DNA of 30,818 nucleotides from an uncultured Actinomycetota bacterium (GTDB lineage Bacteria; Auribacterota; Ancaeobacteria; Ancaeobacterales; CAZGMX01): NCBI GenBank assembly GCA_964583365.1, contig CAZOWS010000102.1, positions 1 to 30,818 of the forward strand, read 5' to 3'. Shown piece by piece: positions 23,906 to 30,818 of this stretch (position 1 is its first letter; each line of letters starts with the position of its first letter). The notes under the pieces were generated by a model. It saw only the letters and a program-made list of their open reading frames with translations, ran no database searches and was not told where the DNA came from. The position numbers and the translations under genes were made by a program.

Positions 23906-26413
23906 TTACCCCACACTCCCCTCTAAACTTACGCCCAATAGCTTTTGTGCCTCCACTGCGAACTCCATCGGCAAATGTCGGAACACCTCTTTGCAAAAGC
24001 CATTCACGATTAAATTCACCGCATCCTCCTGGGACAAACCACGCTGCCGGCAGTAAAAAAGCTGATCCTCTCCGATTTTCGACGTGGACGCCTCATGCTC
24101 CAGCCGCGCGGTGGAATTATTCACCTCCACGTACGGGAACGTATGCGCTCCACAGCGATCGCCGAGCAACAGCGAATCGCATTGCGAATAATTGCGCGCG
24201 CCAACCGCTGCTTTCAGAATCTTGACCAGCCCGCGATACGTGTTCTGCCCATGACCCGCAGAAATTCCCTTAGAGACAATCGTGCTTTTAGTATCTTTGC
24301 CGATATGAATCATCTTCGTGCCCGTGTCGGCCTGCTGATAATTGTTCGTGACGGCCACCGAGTAAAACTCCCCGGTCGAATTGTCCCCCAGCAAAATACA
24401 ACTGGGATATTTCCACGTGATCGCCGAGCCCGTCTCCACCTGTGTCCAGGAAATCTTGGAGTTCTTGCCCTGACATTTCCCGCGCTTGGTCACAAAATTG
24501 TAGATGCCGCCTTTGCCATCCTTGTCCCCCGGATACCAATTCTGCACCGTAGAATACTTGATCTCGGCATTGTCCAAAGCCACCAACTCCACGACAGCCG
24601 CGTGCAGTTGATTCTCGTCGCGCATTGGGGCTGTACAATTGTGCACCGCGAAACCTTTAACCAAATAGGAGTGCGGCTCAGCGGCAGTTTCGAAGTTGTA
24701 CACAAAACCCTGATAGGGCTGTCGCCTAATGTGATGCACCGGCACAAGAAAGTATCCGTCCCGCAGCTTTGCCTTTTTGCTGCGCGTGTTCTTGGCATAG
24801 CAAATCATGTATCTCTTCTTGTGCTTGATAACTTTTCCATCTTTCATCGTTTCATCGAAGGCCTCAGTGGTGTTGATGCAGGCGTAAATTCCCTGCCGAG
24901 AGAGAAGCTCTTGCAATTGAAACGCCAACTGCCGTGAGATAGTCGCTGCCCGTACACGTGTCAAGCGTCCTTCTTGACTCACGCTGCCGTCGCCTTTGTA
25001 ATACGTATCCAAAGCAAGCTTTTGGCGAGCAGGCGGAAGATCCATAACGGTTTTACTGAAACGTTTCTGCAACGCGTATTTGCCACCGTGCTCCACCATT
25101 TTCGCAGAGAGTTCACGGGAATAAACGACCATGTACATTCCGTGTGTCTTTCTGTCATGCGAACGCGAAGGTCGCTTACCCGTGACTTTTTCAATGAGCC
25201 CGCATACTTCCTCAATATTCTCTTTTTCATGATCGCCAAGAGAAATCTCCACGGCATCACAGCCGTTGAATTTCGTTGCACAGCCTTCAGCCACGTAATA
25301 CCCGAGAAGAGCGAGAAAATCATCGCTAAGGCTTGTATCATCCCGTTCTATCTTGTTGATAGGAAACACAATCAAATCACCTTCGGTAAGATCGCCAGCA
25401 GGAATATATGCGGGGGCAGCGTCTTTGAGACGTTTCGGGTCAACATCGGGCCAACGACCTTCCTTACGAAGTGAACTACGAACCTTCTCCCGCTGAATCG
25501 CCATCACAGGATGCTCAGTCGTTAGATGAAAACGATTGCCAGTACTTAGAGGCGTGATTTCTACAAGGTCCCCATGGTATGCGCGACGCATGATTTTTGC
25601 CACGTTTGCCTTCTGTCCATCTCCGTTCAACACTTCATCCTGCAACGAAATCTCGCGTATAGGCTTGACCACATCCCCGCAGCTAACTTCTTACCAAGCT
25701 GGTAAGCAACCTTCCAGATAACTCACGTAGGCGCCTTCCTCGGCGATGATCAGTGTGCGCTCGAATTGGCCTGTGTCGGCCGCATTGATGCGAAAGTACG
25801 TGGACAGCTCCATCGGGCAGCGCACGCCTTTGGGGATATAGCAAAATGAGCCATCGCTAAAAACCGCGGCATTCAGCGCGGCAAAAAAATTGTCTGTATG
25901 CGGCACGACGGATCCGAGCCATTTCCGCACGAGCTCCGGATGATGTTGCACGGCCTCGGAGAAAGAGCCGAAAATAATTCCCAATTCCCCTAGCTTGGCC
26001 TTGAACGTCGTGGCCACCGAGACGCTATCAAACACCGCGTCTACGGCAACGCCCGCCAACACTTTCTGTTCACTGAGCGGTATGCCCAATTTCGCGTAGG
26101 TTTCCAAAAGCTTGGGATCCACTTCGTCCATGCTTGCCAGCTTCTTTTTTGGCGCGGAGTAATACACCATGTCTTGATAATTGATTTTGGGATAATGCAC
26201 GTTGGCCCAGACAGGCTCCGTCATTGTGAGCCAGTGCCGGAAAGCTTTGAGGCGCCATTCCAGCATGAAAGACGGCTCATTTTTTTTGGCCGATATTGCG
26301 CGTACGACGTCTTCACTCAATCCGCGAGGAAGGCTATCCGCCTCGATATCCGTCACGAAGCCGTATTTGTACTGCTGACTTGTTAAATCCGAGATAGTTT
26401 CTTTTGAAGCCAT
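23906..26413 (-). CDS. sufB: Fe-S assembly protein SufB, intein-containing, interrupted by an in-frame TAA at 25693-25691
   Basis: Track ORFs 25691..26485 and 23906..25672 share one frame. N-extein 235 aa ending YVSYLEG, 357-codon intein, C-extein 243 aa starting [17 protein letters not shown]; exteins total 478 aa, normal for SufB. Confidence 0.9.
24638..25708 (-). mobile_element. SufB intein with LAGLIDADG homing endonuclease (Mycobacterium tuberculosis SufB/Pps1-intein type)
   Basis: Starts CLPA, block B TTEHP, endonuclease blocks LLGYYVAEG and [22 protein letters not shown], block F VYNFET, ends GFAVHN before Cys+1; inserted at EG/CTAP. Confidence 0.93.
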
Positions 26414-26435
26414 TTTATGTCTTCCTTCTTTTCGC

Positions 26436-26900
26436 TCACGCGGTGGTAGAACGCCCCAAAGTCTGCACATTGCCACGCACCGCAAAATCCAAGCGCAACG
26501 GCTGGCACATATCCGCGAGCGTAATACTCTCCATCGCCTTCTGCACAGCCACCGTGATTCGCTGCCAATTATTCTGCACGGGGCACAACGTGAGCAGCTC
26601 GCAATTTCCCGTCACGTCGTCGCTGCATTTGGTGATGGCCAGGTGGCCCTCCACCGCGTCCACAACCTGCGCGACCGTGATTTCCTGCGGTCGCTTTGCA
26701 AGGCTGTAACCTCCTTTTGCACCGCGATGCGCAATCAAAAAACCATTCCGCGCCAACACTTTCAAAACTTTGCTAACGGTCGGCAGCGGCAAATGCGCCA
26801 TCAATGCCAGATCGCGGGCATTGTGCATGACCCCTGTCGCCTCGCGCGCGAAATAGGTCAGCAACACCACTCCATAATCCGTCAATCGCGTTATTCTCAT
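26436..26900 (-). CDS. Rrf2-family SUF regulator (IscR-like)
   Basis: [41 protein letters not shown]...NC..LTLCP (3 Cys); GAGG RBS before ATG 26900. Confidence 0.92.
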   Translation of the reverse strand: MRITRLTDYGVVLLTYFAREATGVMHNARDLALMAHLPLPTVSKVLKVLARNGFLIAHRGAKGGYSLAKRPQEITVAQVVDAVEGHLAITKCSDDVTGNCELLTLCPVQNNWQRITVAVQKAMESITLADMCQPLRLDFAVRGNVQTLGRSTTA

Positions 26901-26916
26901 AGCCTCAATTCCATAT

Positions 26917-26967
26917 AGTACAGTTTCAGTACTCTTTAATAATACTCCCCCACGCAAAGCGTGTCAA
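26917..26967 (-). promoter_or_regulatory. SUF operon promoter with candidate Rrf2 operator
   Basis: TTGACA (26967-26962), 17 nt, TATTAT (26944-26939); palindrome AGTAC-N7-GTACT at 26917-26933. Confidence 0.65.
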
Positions 26968-26980
26968 CAGGAAGACCACT

Positions 26981-27048
26981 TGTCATTCTGAGGGCAAAGC
27001 CCGAAGAATCTCGCCTGGGATGATTCTTCGCTATCGCTCAGAATGACA
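26981..27048. repeat. GTCATTCTGAG-type REP-like element, complete
   Basis: Outer inverted repeat TGTCATTCTGAG/CTCAGAATGACA; inner CGAAGAATC/GATTCTTCG. Confidence 0.88.
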
Positions 27049-27095
27049 GAACTTGGACAGGAAGTTAGATTCTTAAGTTATATAGGGAACGTATC

Positions 27096-27503
27096 TTACG
27101 CGTAAATAAATTCTACAGGAGAAACAATATCAGGATGAAGGCTTTTATGCACAGGACATGTCTTTGCCGTAGTTTCCAGCATCAAGCGTTCTTTGGAATT
27201 CAGCGCAATGGGCAAAGTGATCACAATAGGTAATTTTCCAATACGGCGTACGGGCTCCTGAATCATCTCTTTCACGACTGTCGCGCGCGCGCCCGCCATA
27301 TTGATTCCATTGCGCTTCGCAACAATACCCATGACTGTCAGCATGCAAGCCCCCAAAGCGCCGGCCACCATATCCGAGGGAGAAAATGCCTCCCCTTTCC
27401 CTGCATGGTCCGTGGGTGCATCCGTCTCTATCATTGACCCGCTAGGCCCATGCGTCAGACTGCAATGTAAATCACCGGTGTATTTAATATCTATGCGAAC
27501 CAT
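27096..27503 (-). CDS. OsmC/Ohr superfamily protein
   Basis: HGPSG, TDAPTDHAGKGEAFSPSD, LGACMLT, CPVHKSLHP. Confidence 0.9.
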   Translation of the reverse strand: MVRIDIKYTGDLHCSLTHGPSGSMIETDAPTDHAGKGEAFSPSDMVAGALGACMLTVMGIVAKRNGINMAGARATVVKEMIQEPVRRIGKLPIVITLPIALNSKERLMLETTAKTCPVHKSLHPDIVSPVEFIYA

Positions 27504-27544
27504 AGTTTTTAATATTACGAGATTTGATTTTTAAAAGCAAAGAA

Positions 27545-27925
27545 TTATGAATGCTGCGGTTCCAGTGCTTCGTGTATCGTCGCTACGAGGCTGCTAAACT
27601 CGAAGGGTTTGAGCAGATAGCCATAGACTTGTTGGGCCAATGTGCTTTTTTTTATATTGTCCATGGCTTGTGTCGAGCCGGAGAGAAGTAAAACCGGAAC
27701 ATTGTTGACATGCTCTGCGTTTCTCAATACTTGCAGAACTTTAATACCATCCATCACGGGCATAAAAATATCCATGCAGACAAGATCCGGTTGCATCAGC
27801 GCCACTTTTTGCAATGCCTCTTCTCCGTTCGTGGCTGTTTCAACATCAAAACCGGCCGCTTCCAGTCGGACTTTCAAGACCATCAATAAATCTTCATTGT
27901 CTTCGGCAAGAAGAATTTTACTCAC
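27545..27925 (-). CDS. Single-domain response regulator (receiver)
   Basis: ILLAEDN, PDLVCMDIFMPVMDG, YLLKPFE; GTG start overlaps the kinase stop. Confidence 0.92.
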   Translation of the reverse strand: MSKILLAEDNEDLLMVLKVRLEAAGFDVETATNGEEALQKVALMQPDLVCMDIFMPVMDGIKVLQVLRNAEHVNNVPVLLLSGSTQAMDNIKKSTLAQQVYGYLLKPFEFSSLVATIHEALEPQHS

Positions 27926-29409
27926 GCTGCACCTTCCATCGGCAGAGTTCCAATTTCCAACCCACCTGATCGAATTTGTCGTTCGATCTCATCACGCAAG
28001 GCGTGCAAGCTTTCGCCGTGTTCAGGAAATCTTGCCAACCCATACTTGAATACAAGGCTCACGGGAATATCCCCAGCGATAAATGTTTGCCCGCGCAGTT
28101 GATCATCCAATTTGCGTATCCGTGCCGCCATATCGCGATCCGTGGCAACCATCAATACGTGAATTTTTCCCTGCGCATAATCCACGGCAACACGATCCTC
28201 CGCGCGAAAATAGGATGTCACGATGGCATGCAAATCGCTTAGCACGCAATCGATCGCATGATTCGAGTGTTTTTTGCGCAATTCCTCATACTCCTGCACG
28301 TGTAGCCCCAGACAAATCATCATGGAATTCCTTAGCTGCGCTTCGCGCACGGCTCCTTGGAAACAAGTTCGCAGCAAAGCCTCATCGGAATAGCATTGCA
28401 GCGTGAAATAAAAGCGGCTCCCCTGACCAGGATGGCTTTCCACCCAAATGCTTCCGCCCAATTGCGTGATGATTTCTTTGGAGAGCACAAGGCCCAGGCC
28501 CGCTCCGGGCACCGCGGTGTAATCCCCTTTTTTATGAACTTGAAAATAGCGTCCGAACACCTGCTCCACTTCTTCTTCCGACATGCCACACCCGGTATCC
28601 CAAACACAGATTTCCATTTGACCGGAATCTTCCGGCAATCGCACCGAAATGCCCGCCTTCCCGGTTAACTCCGTAAATTTCACGGCATTGTCCAAGAGTT
28701 CCTTCAATACCTGCATCACGCGTTGGCGGTCCACTAGCGCAGGAGGGAGGCTGCATTTTGCTTCCATGATCAATTCTATATTCTTTTTTTGAGCCTTGGG
28801 TCGCACCGCATTGATCGCCTCCATGATCATTTGATCCAGCGATGCTTTCACCAGCGACACGTTCATGCCGCCGGCCTCCAGATGAGACATGTCCAAAAGA
28901 TGATTCATCACAAGAGTGAGCCGCTGCACGTTGCGCAGCGCAACTTCCAAAAACTCTTTTTGCTTAGGAACTACGGGTCCCAATACCTCCTCGGCAATAA
29001 GATTCAGACACTCTTGAATCGCCGTGACAGGCGTCCTCAACTCATGACTCACCATGGATATGAATTTATTCTTGAGATCGCTCATGCCCAGCAATTTGTC
29101 TTTGGACCGGGCAAGATGCTCGGAGGCCTTGGCGATTTCTGCCTGTTGTAGTTCTAGCGTTTCCACTTGTTTTTTCAGTTCCTGACGCAATACCCTGATC
29201 TTGTTTTTCCAGTGAAAACGAGATAGTTGATTCAGCAGCACCATGCCCCAAAATAGCGCAAGAGCGATGCACCCAACCGCATTGTACGCACATCCTGTTT
29301 TCGTAGCTCCGCAGAATAAAGCAGACAAAACAGCAGCCAGCCCAATTTCGATTTTCCAATGCGAAAGAGATCTATCTGCCCACATAATGGCTTTTAGGAT
29401 TTTTGACAC
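27922..29409 (-). CDS. Membrane sensor histidine kinase with a C-terminal degenerate GGDEF-like domain
   Basis: 2 TM segments, coiled coil, FISMVSHELRTP (H box), LLDNAVKF, DTGCGM, GAGLGL, GQGSRF; then a tail LGLHVQEY...RAEDRV...GLARFPEHG lacking GGDEF. Confidence 0.9.
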   Translation of the reverse strand: MSKILKAIMWADRSLSHWKIEIGLAAVLSALFCGATKTGCAYNAVGCIALALFWGMVLLNQLSRFHWKNKIRVLRQELKKQVETLELQQAEIAKASEHLARSKDKLLGMSDLKNKFISMVSHELRTPVTAIQECLNLIAEEVLGPVVPKQKEFLEVALRNVQRLTLVMNHLLDMSHLEAGGMNVSLVKASLDQMIMEAINAVRPKAQKKNIELIMEAKCSLPPALVDRQRVMQVLKELLDNAVKFTELTGKAGISVRLPEDSGQMEICVWDTGCGMSEEEVEQVFGRYFQVHKKGDYTAVPGAGLGLVLSKEIITQLGGSIWVESHPGQGSRFYFTLQCYSDEALLRTCFQGAVREAQLRNSMMICLGLHVQEYEELRKKHSNHAIDCVLSDLHAIVTSYFRAEDRVAVDYAQGKIHVLMVATDRDMAARIRKLDDQLRGQTFIAGDIPVSLVFKYGLARFPEHGESLHALRDEIERQIRSGGLEIGTLPMEGAA

Positions 29410-29449
29410 CAGCTTTACCCTCCGCTTAATAGCTGTGATTCATGTTGAG

Positions 29450-29478
29450 ATTCTACAGCATAAATATCAATTTGTCAA
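29450..29478 (-). promoter_or_regulatory. sigma70 promoter for the kinase-regulator operon
   Basis: TTGACA (29478-29473), 17 nt, TAGAAT (29455-29450). Confidence 0.7.
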
Positions 29479-29578
29479 GGTGTTGGGGATAATACTTTTT
29501 CAATACGTTGACTATGAATGACTTGCGATGTTTCTTTTTTTCCTTGTTGGGCGAATGAATTATCCGCATCATAGGCGA

Positions 29579-29809
29579 ATGATAAAAATCAGCGTCACGG
29601 TCAAGCCCAATGCGGCGGAAACCCAGATCGAGCAGACCGGCGCGAAAGAATACACGGCGCGCATTCACGCTCCCGCGCATGACGGAAAAGCCAACACGGC
29701 CTTGATTGCCGCGTTGGCGCAACACTTTTGCCTGCCTAAGTCGCGCATTAAAATCCTGCATGGCCTAAGCAGCAGAAAAAAAGTCGTAGACGTTCAGAAC
29801 ACACCGTGA
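29579..29809 (+). CDS. DUF167/YggU family protein
   Basis: VTVKPNA, APAHDGKANTALIAALA, ILHGLSSRKK. Confidence 0.9.
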   Translation: MIKISVTVKPNAAETQIEQTGAKEYTARIHAPAHDGKANTALIAALAQHFCLPKSRIKILHGLSSRKKVVDVQNTP

Positions 29810-30459
29810 CAACTAACAAACTCGCTGTCTTCATGGATTTTGACAACACCATCACGACCAGAGATGTGCTCGACGACATGATGGAACGCTTCTCCGCGAC
29901 GGACAGGTGGAAGACCCTTGAACAGGACTGGCGGGACAAAAAAATCAGCACGCTGGAATGCCTGCGTGAGCAAATCCAGGACCTGCACATTTCCAGGGCT
30001 GCGCTGGCAGATTATTGTCGTAGCATAGAGATTGACCGCTATTTTAAGCCGCTGCTGGCTTTATTAAAGTCTCACAACGTGCAAACCATCATCCTGAGCG
30101 ATAATTTCGACATCATCATTCTGGAAATTCTAAAAAATAATAATATTCATGACATAAAAATATTCTCCAATGCACTTTCCTTTGGGCAAAACCGGCTCAT
30201 CCCCAGGTTTCCGCTAGCAAGCTCCAAATGCGCGAATTGCGCCCATTGCAAGAAGGAGACTTTGCTAGCAAATACATCCGAGGATCAAACAACAGTCTAC
30301 GTGGGAGATGGCCAGTCAGACGTGTGTCCTGCCAAGGAGGCTAATATTGTATTTGCCAAAGCCCCCCTTGCAGCCTATCTTAGGGCCTACGGGAAAGAGT
30401 CTATAGACTTCCGCACATTAAAAGACGTACACGATTACTTCTCTACTAATCTCTTATGA
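29806..30459 (+). CDS. MtnX-like HAD-IB phosphatase
   Basis: FMDFDNTITTRD, ILSDNFD, CANCAHCKK, YVGDGQSDVCPA, VFAK. Confidence 0.88.
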   Translation: MTTNKLAVFMDFDNTITTRDVLDDMMERFSATDRWKTLEQDWRDKKISTLECLREQIQDLHISRAALADYCRSIEIDRYFKPLLALLKSHNVQTIILSDNFDIIILEILKNNNIHDIKIFSNALSFGQNRLIPRFPLASSKCANCAHCKKETLLANTSEDQTTVYVGDGQSDVCPAKEANIVFAKAPLAAYLRAYGKESIDFRTLKDVHDYFSTNLL

Positions 30460-30818
30460 CAAAAAAGAAACCCGTACACCAAGACCCGCTTCTCGCCGAC
30501 GAAGCAAAATATTGCTCCTGGGGCGACACCGTCCATTATTCGCAAGAATTAAAGATATTTAAATCCTGCCAGGGAAGCACCGTGGTGGACAAAGACGGTG
30601 TCGAATACATGGATTTGCATATGTGGTATTCGGCCGTGAACTTTTTGTACAAGAACGAGCAGCTGAACAATGTTCTCAAGCGCCAGATCGACACGCTGCC
30701 TCAACTCGCGAGCCAGTACCTGCACGAGGAAAAAATCCAGCTCGCCACGAAAATTGCGCAGAAAAACGAAGCCACGTTCGAGGAAAAAGGCCGCGTGCAT
30801 TTCAACGTGGGCGGCTCC
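30456..30818 (+). CDS. Class III PLP aminotransferase, 3'-truncated by the window edge; absent from the ORF track
   Basis: Manual translation from ATG 30456 (ATGA overlap): MTKKKPVHQDPLLADEAKYCSWGDTVHY...VVDKDGVEYMDLHMWYSAVNF...RVHFNVGGS, 121 codons open to the edge. Confidence 0.8.
   Translation, partial: MTKKKPVHQDPLLADEAKYCSWGDTVHYSQELKIFKSCQGSTVVDKDGVEYMDLHMWYSAVNFLYKNEQLNNVLKRQIDTLPQLASQYLHEEKIQLATKIAQKNEATFEEKGRVHFNVGGS

Noticed and set aside
25691-25693. Selenocysteine or pyrrolysine recoding of the sufB intein stop, or an alternative genetic code
   Set aside because: The codon is TAA, not TGA or TAG, and TAA is used as a true stop by other genes in the window.
30549-30800. Minus-strand 83-aa ORF
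   Set aside because: Antisense to the plus-strand class III aminotransferase.

Overview
Mostly chromosomal window from a bacterium. A long Planctomycete-type ACP and the gene repertoire suggest the PVC superphylum, possibly Omnitrophota (inference only). From left to right it holds: a truncated elongated acyl carrier protein; a 2TM-HAMP protein; a bufferin/MNIO-type RiPP operon (Cys-repeat precursor, DUF692, DUF2063, DoxX) extended by an exported SSP411/YyaL thioredoxin-domain protein; a stand-alone 5'-3' exonuclease; a PLP aminotransferase; an AT-richer, signal-peptide-bearing ~795-aa protein whose C-terminal half carries the motifs of the Legionella SidJ pseudokinase/polyglutamylase (top finding); ilvD; acnA; two toxin-antitoxin modules whose toxins both look damaged, flanking a small duplicated Cys-motif protein; glgB; an Rrf2-sufB-sufC-sufD-sufS-sufU/sufT-DUF989 operon whose sufB carries a Mycobacterium-SufB-type LAGLIDADG intein with an in-frame TAA at intein codon 6; an OsmC-family gene; a two-component pair; DUF167; an MtnX-like HAD phosphatase; and a truncated class III aminotransferase. 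Intergenic spaces hold at least two families of REP/MITE-like palindromes, and several near-consensus sigma70 promoters can be read, some implying leaderless mRNAs. No rRNA, tRNA or CRISPR array was seen. All family assignments come from motif recognition by eye, not from database searches.
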